A stretch of 32,000 nt of DNA from Alkanindiges illinoisensis DSM 15370 (GCF_000619845.1 NZ_JHUX01000003.1:880064-912063), one strand, 5' to 3'. Numbered from the stretch's first letter, positions 8,938 to 17,821 are shown. A program made the numbers and translations. Notes: generated by a model not told the origin, from the sequence alone.

Positions 8938-10071
8938 TTGAAGAACTCAACCCATCTTACCCTACGTTATCTGCTGTCAAATCTGGGAATCAGTTTTAAT
9001 CAGGTTAAACCCAAAGAACAAACTTTTAGCGCACTTGGTGCATTTCTGGGTTTATTGCTGTCTTCATTAGTCAGTCATCTGATATTAGGATCGGTTAATC
9101 CCTGGTTTGTGGCCCCAATGGGTGCCTCGGCAGTATTGTTATTTGCAGTACCAGCCAGTCCTTTAGCACAGCCCTGGTCGATTCTGGGCGGCAATCTGGT
9201 GGCCAGTCTGATTGGCGTCTGGGCAGCCCATACATTTGTAAATATTAATCTTGCCTTGAGTGCTGCAGTCGGACTGGCAATTTTTGTGATGATTGGCCTG
9301 CGCTGTTTGCATCCGCCCAGTGGTGCCATTGCTATGACTGCCGTACTGGGCGGCCCTGCGGTGTACGAACTGGGATATGGATTTGCCTTGTGGCCTGTGG
9401 CGATCAATTCAGCGCTCATGCTGCTTGCGGCACTGTTGTTTAATAATTTAATAGGTCGCCGTTATCCGCATCCATCTATACAGCAGGATGTTAAAACCCA
9501 TGTTACTAATCCTCTGCCCAGTGACCGTCTGGGTGTGACATCTGAAGATTTTCAGCAGGTGATGAACAAGCATGCTGAGTTGCTGGATATTAATGCCAGT
9601 GATTTAAAAGAGCTGATGTTTGAGGCACAGCAGCAGGCTTATCAGCGCATTACGGGTAACGTCCGTTGTCAGGATATTATGACCAAAAATGTCTTATACC
9701 TAAAAGCCGATGATTCACTAGTCACTGCCCTCTCCCTATTTGAACAAAACAACCTGATGAGTTTGCCTGTACTCAATGAGCAGCATCAACTGGTTGGAAG
9801 CCTATCGGTTTATCATCTTATGCAGATTTATGATGGCTATGTCGGGTTCAGAACCCATCTGGATGGCCCTGCCCAGTTTGTTTATCAGGTGATGGAACGC
9901 AAGGTATTTACGGTCAAGGCTGACCAGCCTTTAAGTGACCTGATTCCCTTTTTTACCGACAAAGGTTTTCATTATTTGCCGGTAGTGGGGGCTGAACGTA
10001 CATTGGAGGGTATTATTGGCCGTGCTGATGTAATTGCTGCACTATTTGAATTGCAGGTTAGTCGTGAATAA
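8938..10071 (+). CDS. HPP-family membrane protein with a C-terminal CBS-domain pair
   Basis: 377 aa. The N-terminal half has about 4-5 TM helices including 'CLHPPSGAIA' (the HPP motif). The C-terminal half has two CBS-like repeats ('CQDIMTKNVLYL', 'VYQVMERKVFTV'). The only start upstream of TM1 is TTG at 8938. Confidence 0.75.
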   Translation: MKNSTHLTLRYLLSNLGISFNQVKPKEQTFSALGAFLGLLLSSLVSHLILGSVNPWFVAPMGASAVLLFAVPASPLAQPWSILGGNLVASLIGVWAAHTFVNINLALSAAVGLAIFVMIGLRCLHPPSGAIAMTAVLGGPAVYELGYGFALWPVAINSALMLLAALLFNNLIGRRYPHPSIQQDVKTHVTNPLPSDRLGVTSEDFQQVMNKHAELLDINASDLKELMFEAQQQAYQRITGNVRCQDIMTKNVLYLKADDSLVTALSLFEQNNLMSLPVLNEQHQLVGSLSVYHLMQIYDGYVGFRTHLDGPAQFVYQVMERKVFTVKADQPLSDLIPFFTDKGFHYLPVVGAERTLEGIIGRADVIAALFELQVSRE

Positions 10072-10159
10072 TTTTGTATGGATTAGATGAAATTAATTCT
10101 GATAGTTTTAAAATCTACACTATGATATTATGCTAGTATTTTAAATTTAATTAAAATAT

Positions 10160-10185
10160 GCTGAATTCAATGATATGGATTCAGC
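10160..10185 (-). terminator. Stem-loop between the convergent HPP/CBS and queD-like genes (candidate terminator)
   Basis: GCTGAATTC (10160-10168) and GGATTCAGC (10177-10185) form a 9-bp stem including one G-U pair, with an 8-nt loop. A T-rich run follows on the minus strand. Confidence 0.4.
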
Positions 10186-10251
10186 GATGGTAAAAAATAT
10201 AGTTGAGCAGAGATGGCTTATACTTATAGCGGCTTAATCCTCAAACCAAGT

Positions 10252-10848
10252 CTATAAAATGACCTGTGGAGTCACTTCAGGATTTAAAAAGCTAATGCCC
10301 TGTTTAAGTTGTTCATACATCTGGGGATTGGCCCATTCCTGCTGCACTTGTTTAGAAAATTCAATCTCATGCAGGCTTAACAGGCCCATTTGTACATTCT
10401 CAATGTCTTCCCGAAAACACTGTGCATAACCCGTGGCCGTTTCGTGCACAATTACGGAATGTACCTGTACATCGCCTTCCCCATTCTGCGTGGTGGTTTG
10501 TTGAAGCACCTGATCTGCCAGAAAAAAGAAAACGCGGGAAAACTGTTCTGCCGAGGGTGATACCGGCAAGCTGATCCAGCGCGCACTATAAGTTTTGCAG
10601 GCCTCTATATAGCCTGCATCATCCTTGCTCCAGAAACAGATGGCATGATCAAAGCTATCAATCAAATCCTTGATCACCCCTTTTAGTAAACCAAAGTCAT
10701 AAACCATTTGGCCATGATCCAGTCTGTTGGCAGATAAAATCAGCTCGACCTGATAGCTATGACCATGGATGGAGCGTCGGCAACGGTCAGAGGTACAGTT
10801 GCGTACAATATGAGCATTTTCAAACTTGAAAAGTTTGCGGATAAGCAT
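10252..10848 (-). CDS. 6-carboxytetrahydropterin synthase / 6-pyruvoyl-tetrahydropterin synthase family protein, long form
   Basis: 198 aa. 'FKFENAHIVRNC...CRRSIHGHSY' supplies the His...HxH zinc triad and a Cys of the QueD/PTPS fold, and 'VHETATGYA' lies near residue 145. A C-terminal tail of about 48 aa extends beyond the canonical roughly 120-aa QueD. Confidence 0.7.
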   Translation of the reverse strand: MLIRKLFKFENAHIVRNCTSDRCRRSIHGHSYQVELILSANRLDHGQMVYDFGLLKGVIKDLIDSFDHAICFWSKDDAGYIEACKTYSARWISLPVSPSAEQFSRVFFFLADQVLQQTTTQNGEGDVQVHSVIVHETATGYAQCFREDIENVQMGLLSLHEIEFSKQVQQEWANPQMYEQLKQGISFLNPEVTPQVIL

Positions 10849-11011
10849 TGTTGTTAATCCTGTGATTTACCCTGCAAAAAGCCAGATGACTAGTTAAGAT
10901 GATTATAAGTCAATTTTATCGCTTATGCGCAGGGATTCATGGCTGGTTTGTTGCTGGTCATTTGCACAACTCTATGAGTTAATTGATTAGGCAAAATAAT
11001 TCCGCATAAAG

Positions 11012-12007
11012 CTACTGCTTCATGGCCTGCTGCAAAAGCTCCAGTGCATTCTGGTTACTGCTGGCCAGCGCTGGAATTGGCATCTGATGACGCTGATAGG
11101 CCATCACATTTTCGCCCTGACGATACAGGTTACTGGTTAAATAGCGTTTGCGACCTGATAAACTGACGATAATCTGCGCCTGAAAAAACTCACTTTGTAT
11201 AGCCAGCAGGCGGTCAATATTTTCAGGCTTTTTCTCAATTTTAAACGCCGGTTGTGTCCATAGTGTTCCTACCTGATCTAGATACTGCATTCCCTGATCA
11301 CGCTGGTTGATCCATTCCTGCACCTGATTGGGCTGCAAGTCGTCACTTAGCGCACTAAGCAGTATTCCAGACGCTGTATTGACATTGATTGGACTAAAAT
11401 ACGGAACAGCGGTGATATAAGGGGCTATCAGGTTGTAACTGCGCTGGTCAAACCCGCGTACCTGACGTAATTCCTCAACCTGCGTAAAAGGTCGGTTTGC
11501 AGCCATATAACCCGGCTGCTGCCCCAGATAAAAGCTGTCTTCTGCGCCCATTGAGCCAGCGACGGTGTCATCCGGGTCCTGCCAGTCCAGCACACTTTGG
11601 GCCAGCTCTGGCGCCAGTCCGACCCGCTTGAGCAAGCGGCCAAAAAACTCAAAAGCTTGCTTGTCAGGAATACCGTCATGATAAAGGTTATTTAAGTTAA
11701 AGCGCGCGGACTGATCCATCAACCGACCAGTAACCATGCCATCCTCAATTGGAAAAGGAGGAAGTGGCTGTGCCCATTGCTCGCCCAGGTTGTCGTTATT
11801 TTTGCTATTTCTGGCATCATTGATTAAAAGTTCAGATAAAAAGTATTCACCAGATTTGGCATAAATCCAGGCCTGATCCTGTCGCAGCAAAATACTGCCT
11901 TCCTGAAGCATGCGCTGTTGCTGGTTTAAAATGCCCATCGCCATAATACTGGCAATGACGACCATAAACAGAATAGTCAGTAATGCAACACCCCGCTGGT
12001 TCTTCAC
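11012..12007 (-). CDS. gspK: Type II secretion system minor pseudopilin GspK
   Basis: 331 aa. The N-terminus 'MKNQRGVALLTILFMVVIASIMA' is a pseudopilin helix without Glu5. Size and position after gspJ fit. GTG start at 12007, preceded by an AGGA Shine-Dalgarno. Confidence 0.85.
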   Translation of the reverse strand: MKNQRGVALLTILFMVVIASIMAMGILNQQQRMLQEGSILLRQDQAWIYAKSGEYFLSELLINDARNSKNNDNLGEQWAQPLPPFPIEDGMVTGRLMDQSARFNLNNLYHDGIPDKQAFEFFGRLLKRVGLAPELAQSVLDWQDPDDTVAGSMGAEDSFYLGQQPGYMAANRPFTQVEELRQVRGFDQRSYNLIAPYITAVPYFSPINVNTASGILLSALSDDLQPNQVQEWINQRDQGMQYLDQVGTLWTQPAFKIEKKPENIDRLLAIQSEFFQAQIIVSLSGRKRYLTSNLYRQGENVMAYQRHQMPIPALASSNQNALELLQQAMKQ

Positions 12008-12036
12008 GTTAATCCTGATCCTTAGTCATTGCACTC

Positions 12037-12834
12037 TTAATCATTGCTGGCTTGGTTGTCATTTCCAGTGCTAGTGTCCTGCTGGCTGTTTTGTTGATTG
12101 GTTTGCGTATTATCTGTGCCATTATTTGTCTTTGAACCTGAAGCCACTAATTCTGGCAGTTTTTTAACCAGACTAAAACGCCACAGTATTGGCTTGTCAT
12201 TAAGAGTGAACTGTACCTGAATTCCCTGCGGTAGGCGGCTATCCCCTTGCGGCATTTTAGTATTATCTGTTGTATCCACCAGATTATTTACAGGTGGCCA
12301 GAAATCCGTTGGTGCTGGTTCAAGAGCCTGCACGCTAAAATTACTGATATTTGTTAGCAGGACATTGGGTGGTGGAGTCTGGGGACGCGACTGATCCGGA
12401 TTACGATAGCTGGTACGGATCAGGTGTTGCTGGCCAGGATCATATTGATAAGTGACCCGCTCAAGACTGCTGGTACTGCGCAAGGTTGGATCAAACGCGC
12501 CCATGCGGGTGAAGCTGATTCTATTGTCTGCAATCACTAAGGCCGGTTCAGTAGAGGCAGACTGTCTGGCAGGGCGTGCCACCAGTTGGCTAAAATCACG
12601 CAGCATCAGAGTATAACTGCTTTGCAATGCAGATAAACGCTGGGTGTGAATCTGGTTACGGTCACGTACTTTGATTAATGCATCAAAAACTTTCCAGCCA
12701 GCCAATGCCAGCACTGCAAAAATGGCCAATGCGACCAGCACTTCAATCAGGGTAAAACCGGATACTGAGCTGCGTGGCTGATGCAACTGGCAACATGCGC
12801 TGGACTGCGTAAAACGCTGGGAATTGAGCTTCAT
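12037..12834 (-). CDS. gspJ: Type II secretion system minor pseudopilin GspJ
   Basis: Has the prepilin motif 'SG|FTLIEVLVALAIFAVLA' and sits in the operon after gspI. The track ORF start at 12888 overlaps gspI, so I prefer ATG at 12834, which lies after the gspI stop. An in-frame TTG closer to the cleavage site is also possible. Confidence 0.8.
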   Translation of the reverse strand: MKLNSQRFTQSSACCQLHQPRSSVSGFTLIEVLVALAIFAVLALAGWKVFDALIKVRDRNQIHTQRLSALQSSYTLMLRDFSQLVARPARQSASTEPALVIADNRISFTRMGAFDPTLRSTSSLERVTYQYDPGQQHLIRTSYRNPDQSRPQTPPPNVLLTNISNFSVQALEPAPTDFWPPVNNLVDTTDNTKMPQGDSRLPQGIQVQFTLNDKPILWRFSLVKKLPELVASGSKTNNGTDNTQTNQQNSQQDTSTGNDNQASND

Positions 12835-12844
12835 AACTGATCTT

Positions 12845-13309
12845 TTAATTTTGGCTAGAAGCCACGGGACGCTGTAAAAACGCCACAATACTGGTTACTG
12901 GTGCAGGCTGCTGCCCCTGATCCTGATCGCCCAGTGGTGCGACCCGGATTTCTATCCGCCGTACACTCTCACTAATCGTATTATAGACCTGATGCGATAC
13001 CAGCCAGCGCTGACCCTGTTCATCCACTGTTTTTTCACCTGTTCCTTCAGGCCATGCACCATTGATCTCCAGTTCAGCCAGCTCATTCATTGCAACAAAA
13101 TGCGCAAATGTGCGGTCATTCATTTGCCCAATACTTTGCGTGTAATTCATGCCAATTTTGGTCACTGCAATGGCCGCAACTGCAAAAATGGCCAGCGCTA
13201 CCATCACCTCAAGCAGGGTAAATCCACGCGGTTTCTTAGTTAAAAGTACAGATAAAGGCTTAGCTATAGATTTGGCCATACGAGATCTTAAAACCGGAAA
13301 ATGCTTCAT
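12845..13309 (-). CDS. gspI: Type II secretion system minor pseudopilin GspI
   Basis: 154 aa with 'RG|FTLLEVMVALAIFAVAAIA'. The ATG at 13309 shares 1 nt with the gspH TGA (TGATG), and GGGAAG lies just upstream. Confidence 0.85.
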   Translation of the reverse strand: MKHFPVLRSRMAKSIAKPLSVLLTKKPRGFTLLEVMVALAIFAVAAIAVTKIGMNYTQSIGQMNDRTFAHFVAMNELAELEINGAWPEGTGEKTVDEQGQRWLVSHQVYNTISESVRRIEIRVAPLGDQDQGQQPAPVTSIVAFLQRPVASSQN

Positions 13310-13920
13310 CAGCTTCCCTGCTCAGTATCAGAAACCATCCCGGTACTATTGATATAAATGGGATTGCCGATGGGCTGATTATTAAAAATTAGTTGCAGGC
13401 GCGCAGGTTTTACCTCGCCATTACCAAACCAGATTAAATCCGGGGATTTTTGATCCATCAAGCCTTCTGGGCCATCGCGCTGTGGCGAATTATCCATACT
13501 CCTGATCTGTAAAACCGCGTTTTCATTCAAGCTTCGGGTTTTAAATGCTTCTACTGGCTGCCACAGCGGCTTTTTTTCCTGTGTGACCATCGGCTGCCCA
13601 GTCTGCTGGTCAGTTTGTGGCGGCTGATATTCTGCAAAAAAATAACCCGCTGGTTCAGTAACCGTAGCTGATGTAGTAATCAGGGCAAAAACTCGTGCCT
13701 GATCCGTTGATTCCAGCCGCACCACATTAAGGTCATTAATTAGTTGATCTCGCTGCTGCATCAGCTTGCGCTGTTCAACCCCACTAATGGAAACCACCAC
13801 CAGCCCGGCAAAAACACTCATAATGACAATAACCAGCATCAGCTCGATCAGGGTAAATCCCCGCTGTGAGTAGCCATGCTGTGAATAACCAGGGTTCATA
13901 TTATCGGGAGTTACACGCAT
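13309..13920 (-). CDS. gspH: Type II secretion system minor pseudopilin GspH
   Basis: 203 aa with 'RG|FTLIELMLVIVIMSVFAGL'. It is the first gene of the H-I-J-K order. Confidence 0.8.
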   Translation of the reverse strand: MRVTPDNMNPGYSQHGYSQRGFTLIELMLVIVIMSVFAGLVVVSISGVEQRKLMQQRDQLINDLNVVRLESTDQARVFALITTSATVTEPAGYFFAEYQPPQTDQQTGQPMVTQEKKPLWQPVEAFKTRSLNENAVLQIRSMDNSPQRDGPEGLMDQKSPDLIWFGNGEVKPARLQLIFNNQPIGNPIYINSTGMVSDTEQGS

Positions 13921-14021
13921 ACAGTGCGATACTCAAAATCTTGTAATGGTTAAGATGAATTGATGCTGATGACTCATTTGTTTAATTCTGTTGAAATATC
14001 CCTGCACGAATACAACCGAAT

Positions 14022-14633
14022 TTAACTGATTTTAACCTGCTTAAATTGTTGTGGCATGGCTAACATCTGGTCAATAACAGCCACCCGAAATGTATCACGT
14101 GAGCCAAGATAACGCTGATAAAAACTGGAATTGAGCATGGACGCAGCGCCTTGAGTCATTGACCAGATTGCTGCCAGATAATCACGCACCGGCATACTGC
14201 TGCTAATACCTTTGAGATAATTGTCAGTAATACCAATAATCAGGCGCAGGCGCTGCTTGCGTATACGGTACAGCTGGTTAAACAAAATACCCAGCCCCTG
14301 GGCACCAGCAGACAAGCGCTCCTCAATCTGATGAAACAGCACTGTACGCTCTGGATGATGCAAATGATGCAGCATGTAAAATACCAGACGGGCCTGAAAA
14401 TCGCCTTGATTATCCCGTACCATATCCAGCAGTGCCTGCTCATTACGGATAATCAGCAATAGGTACAACTCATCCTTGCTCTGAAAATGCTTATATAGCG
14501 TGCCCTTGGCCAGATCAAGCTCCAGCGCCAGTGCATCCAAAGTCATGCCCATTTCGCCACTTTCCAGTAACAGGCGCTCAGCCACATCAAAAATCAGGGC
14601 TTCACGGGCGCGGAACTGTGCTTGCCGGTCCAT
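14022..14633 (-). CDS. TetR/AcrR family transcriptional regulator
   Basis: 203 aa with the N-terminal HTH 'MTLDALALELDLAKGTLYKHFQSKDELY'. A strong AAGGAG Shine-Dalgarno lies 8 nt upstream, directly after the tatD stop. Confidence 0.85.
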   Translation of the reverse strand: MDRQAQFRAREALIFDVAERLLLESGEMGMTLDALALELDLAKGTLYKHFQSKDELYLLLIIRNEQALLDMVRDNQGDFQARLVFYMLHHLHHPERTVLFHQIEERLSAGAQGLGILFNQLYRIRKQRLRLIIGITDNYLKGISSSMPVRDYLAAIWSMTQGAASMLNSSFYQRYLGSRDTFRVAVIDQMLAMPQQFKQVKIS

Positions 14634-14645
14634 TGCATCTGCTCC

Positions 14646-15446
14646 TTAAATCTTCTGCTGCTTGATCGTGGTAGAGTGTCTGGCCAATAGTTGTTCAAAA
14701 TTATGGCTGGTAATTCGACCCAGCTCCTGCTGGCTTATTCCATAGACATCGGCAAGCGCCTGAGCCACAAAAGGCAGATATAAGGGTTCATTCGGCTTGC
14801 TGCGATATGGCATGGGTGCCAGATAAGGACTGTCAGTTTCAATCAGGATGCGATCCATAGGCACTTGCCTGGCAACGTCCCGCAAGGACTGGGCATTTTT
14901 AAAACTGATAATACCGGAAAAAGAGATGTAATAGCCCAGATCCAAGGCAGCCTTTGCGGTATCCCAGTCTTCAGTAAAACAATGCAAAATACCATGACTG
15001 GCCTGCTCGGCGCGCATGACGTCAATGGTGTCATGTTTGGCATTACGGGTATGCACAATCACAGGCTTGCCTAGCTGCTTGCCTACTTCAATATGTCTTG
15101 CAAAACAGTCTTTCTGGGCTGGAATATGATCAGTACTATGATAAAAATCAAGACCGGTTTCCCCAATAGCCCAAACCTTTGGATCTTGTGCAAGCTTGCA
15201 AAGCTGCTCGATACTGGCACGGGCCATCATGTCCGAATCTTCACACGGATGCACGCCTACACTGTAGCCTACATCTGCATGCTCACTGGCAATTGCTTCT
15301 AATATTGGGCAATCATCCAGATCAACTGCAACAGCCAGAAATTGGCTAACGCCTGCTTCCCGGGCAGCCTGCAGGGCGCGGTTAAGATCGCCCTCATAAC
15401 GGCTTAAATCCAGACGGTTTAGATGACAGTGCGAATCAATATACAA
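14646..15446 (-). CDS. tatD: TatD-family metal-dependent hydrolase/DNase
   Basis: 266 aa with 'YIDSHCHL', 'VGVHP' and 'ILIETDSPYL'. The holB-pilZ-tatD order is as in Pseudomonas. Confidence 0.9.
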   Translation of the reverse strand: MYIDSHCHLNRLDLSRYEGDLNRALQAAREAGVSQFLAVAVDLDDCPILEAIASEHADVGYSVGVHPCEDSDMMARASIEQLCKLAQDPKVWAIGETGLDFYHSTDHIPAQKDCFARHIEVGKQLGKPVIVHTRNAKHDTIDVMRAEQASHGILHCFTEDWDTAKAALDLGYYISFSGIISFKNAQSLRDVARQVPMDRILIETDSPYLAPMPYRSKPNEPLYLPFVAQALADVYGISQQELGRITSHNFEQLLARHSTTIKQQKI

Positions 15447-15520
15447 CTTAGGTTTTCCGTAATTTAATATTAAGCAGCAACGATTAGCTAAATATTAGCC
15501 AGCACTTACTTAATGAAAAT

Positions 15521-15865
15521 TTATAGGGTAAATGTCGGGTTTGCTGAACTGAGCTTACCGGCCAGCAGTTTTTCTGCGGCATTCTTGAATTTAATGCCCT
15601 CTTCACCCAGTAGCTGAATGGCAAAACCGGCCGGACGCGCGCCTGAAGCACGGTGGGAAATCCAGATAACCTTACCCGTTAGCGGAATACGCTCTGAGGA
15701 TTCAGGCAAGCTGGTCACTACAAAAACATCATCGCCTAATACCACAGGACGGTTACTGGGAATAAAAAGGCCGCCGCCCAGTACAAATGGCATATAGCAC
15801 GACTGTAAATTGGAGATTTCGCGGATTGGAAAATTAATAATCCCGCCTGGACGTGGTGGTTGCAT
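15521..15865 (-). CDS. pilZ: Type IV pilus assembly PilZ protein (PA2960-type PilZ domain)
   Basis: 'SCYMPFVLGGGLFIPS' resembles P. aeruginosa PilZ. I saw no RxxxR c-di-GMP motif. The ATG at 15865 has AAGGAG 6 nt upstream, so the track start at 15895 is probably an over-extension. Confidence 0.8.
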   Translation of the reverse strand: MQPPRPGGIINFPIREISNLQSCYMPFVLGGGLFIPSNRPVVLGDDVFVVTSLPESSERIPLTGKVIWISHRASGARPAGFAIQLLGEEGIKFKNAAEKLLAGKLSSANPTFTL

Positions 15866-15915
15866 TATCACTCCTTTTGAAAATGTTTGGACCACTCATG
15901 CATAAGACCAGTGCA

Positions 15916-16959
15916 TCAATCATGTAAATTCATGAGTTGCATCATTAAGCTATCATATACCAAACTGGATTGAATATTCTGGGTTTGTCCATGAATTGCG
16001 CTTAAAATTTGTTGTTGTAGGTTAAATAATTGCTCAATGCTGATACTTTTTATAATAGGTGTAAAGTTTAAATCAGTCTGCCGCACAGGCTGGTTCATGT
16101 GAGCCGCAATCGCATCCCGAATCATCCATTGCAACAGGTTTAGCCATTCTGGCAGGCTCAGACGTTTTTGCCAGTTGCCGGACAATGTCACTGGCGATAA
16201 CCGTTGCTCCAGCAGTTTTTGCCAGTCATTAATCCAGTCCTGCCGGGCCAGAAATTCCGGCTGCTCTGCCATGACTAATGCTGCCAGCGGCGCACCACCA
16301 CTGAGGTTGAGCAATAACTGGCTCTGCGCTGGATCAAAGTTGCCGTTAGCAGTTAAATATGTCAGTGCCTGCTGATGACTTACCTCACCAACACGATATT
16401 GCTGCAAGCGGCTGCGAATGGTTGCTGGCAGTTGTAAAGGCTGGTCACTCACCAGAATTAAAGTAACCTGCTCTCCGGGTTCTTCCAGTGTTTTAAGCAA
16501 GGCGTTGGCAGCGGCAATATTCAGGTTTTCTGCAGGCTCAATGATAATGACGCGCCAGCCCTTTCCAGTTTGCTGTACAAATGGCATCAACTCTCGAATC
16601 TGGTCAATCTTGATAAATTGGCTCAGTTTGCCCTTATTGTCTACTTCCGGTGAAATTCGCAGCAAACTAGGATGCGTATCTGCTTTGAGCCACTGGCAAC
16701 TGGGGCATTCACCGCAGGCATGCTGATGATTATCGGTTGAACTGCGATTTAGACAAAGTAACCATGCGGCCAACTGGTCTGCAAACTGGCGCTTGCCGGT
16801 TCCCGGTATGCCACTGAGCAAAATAGCATGCGGTATTTTAGGAAACCGTGATATCAGCCTTTGCCATGGTTCTTGTTGCCAAGGCAGGCGTGACGCAAAG
16901 TAATGCTGTCCTTGTGGCGCTGACCCGGGAGTTACCGCTGCCTGTATCTTTTTAGCCAT
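15916..16959 (-). CDS. holB: DNA polymerase III subunit delta'
   Basis: 347 aa with the degenerate P-loop 'GIPGTGKRQFA', zinc module 'CGECPSCQW', and 'NALLKTLEEP' plus 'SRLQ'. Confidence 0.88.
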   Translation of the reverse strand: MAKKIQAAVTPGSAPQGQHYFASRLPWQQEPWQRLISRFPKIPHAILLSGIPGTGKRQFADQLAAWLLCLNRSSTDNHQHACGECPSCQWLKADTHPSLLRISPEVDNKGKLSQFIKIDQIRELMPFVQQTGKGWRVIIIEPAENLNIAAANALLKTLEEPGEQVTLILVSDQPLQLPATIRSRLQQYRVGEVSHQQALTYLTANGNFDPAQSQLLLNLSGGAPLAALVMAEQPEFLARQDWINDWQKLLEQRLSPVTLSGNWQKRLSLPEWLNLLQWMIRDAIAAHMNQPVRQTDLNFTPIIKSISIEQLFNLQQQILSAIHGQTQNIQSSLVYDSLMMQLMNLHD

Positions 16960-16996
16960 AAATAAAATTTACTGTCAGTGACAATCCATATAATGA

Positions 16997-17758
16997 TCAG
17001 GCAAATGCAGAAATGTCCAGCGCCTGCAAGCGTGCCAAGTCTTCTGGTGTATCAACTCCGGCAGGTAATGAAACCTCTGCTGTGGCGATGGCAATCCGGC
17101 GACCATTTTCCAGCACCCGCAATTGTTCCAGACTTTCCAGTTTTTCAAGCTGACCCATTGGCCAGTTAACGAAGTCTTGTAATAACGCCACCCGGTAAGC
17201 ATACAAACCTAAATGACGCAGGGCCTGCGCTGGTACCGTATGAATTCCTTGCGCAAACGCATCACGATCCCATGGCACAGGCGCACGACTAAAATATAAG
17301 GCTTGGTTGTGTGCTGTTGTAACCACTTTAACAATACTGGAACGGGTAAATTCATCCAAAGTATGGATTGGCTCACATAAGGTTGCCATGGCACAGTCTG
17401 GCTGGCTCTCCAGCAGCCCTGCCACCTGTTGCACCAGTTGTGCCGGTAATAATGGTTCATCACCCTGTACATTGACCACAATATCATCCCGGTTCCAGCC
17501 GCGGATACGTGCCACTTCACTTAAACGGTCTGTACCTGATGGATGTTCGGGACTGGTCATGACCACAGCAACTCCCGCCTGCTGGCAAACCTGTGCAATT
17601 CGCTCATCATCGGTTGCCACACAAATATCATCAAAACCTTCTACCTTACGTGCCTGATCAACCACACGCAAGATCATGGGACGGCCATGAATTTCCAGCA
17701 AGGGCTTACCGGGCAAACGTGAACTGGCAAAACGCGCAGGAATAACAAGGTGTTTCAT
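16997..17758 (-). CDS. kdsB: 3-deoxy-manno-octulosonate cytidylyltransferase (CMP-Kdo synthetase)
   Basis: 253 aa with '[16 protein letters not shown]', 'VNVQGDEPL' and '[10 protein letters not shown]'. Confidence 0.93.
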   Translation of the reverse strand: MKHLVIPARFASSRLPGKPLLEIHGRPMILRVVDQARKVEGFDDICVATDDERIAQVCQQAGVAVVMTSPEHPSGTDRLSEVARIRGWNRDDIVVNVQGDEPLLPAQLVQQVAGLLESQPDCAMATLCEPIHTLDEFTRSSIVKVVTTAHNQALYFSRAPVPWDRDAFAQGIHTVPAQALRHLGLYAYRVALLQDFVNWPMGQLEKLESLEQLRVLENGRRIAIATAEVSLPAGVDTPEDLARLQALDISAFA

Positions 17759-17821
17759 GGTGGTTTCTCGCTATTTTATTTCATTATTCAATATTGGCTG
17801 ATCGGCTTTAACGGTTCCTAC

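Noticed and set aside
10849-10940. Looked for a preQ1 riboswitch in the leader of the QueD-like gene.
   Set aside because: The leader (minus strand) lacks the small hairpin plus A-rich tail (..ACAAAAAACTA-like) characteristic of preQ1-I. Only a TATAAT box and an AGGA Shine-Dalgarno were seen.
12835-12888. N-terminal extensions in the ORF track: gspJ 12888, exbD 21180, pilZ 15895, lptD 28287, amgK 26386, rsmG 24428, and the 89-aa and 71-aa forms of the small paralogs.
   Set aside because: The extensions overlap upstream genes or use TTG/GTG codons without a Shine-Dalgarno. Internal ATGs with better Shine-Dalgarno spacing or homolog-like N-termini were preferred. The true starts remain unverified.
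14091-14106. TGTATCACGTGAGCCA, a 13/16 match to the parS consensus TGTTNCACGTGAAACA.
   Set aside because: There are three mismatches, two of them in one half-site, which breaks the dyad. The site lies inside the TetR coding region 8 kb from parB. It is probably a chance CACGTG-centred match.
16975-17202. Small ORFs straddling gene junctions or nested out-of-frame in real genes (for example 16975-17202, 18805-19002, 20686-20886, 22767-23063).
   Set aside because: Each overlaps a strongly supported gene on the same or opposite strand and has no motif or plausible translation signal.
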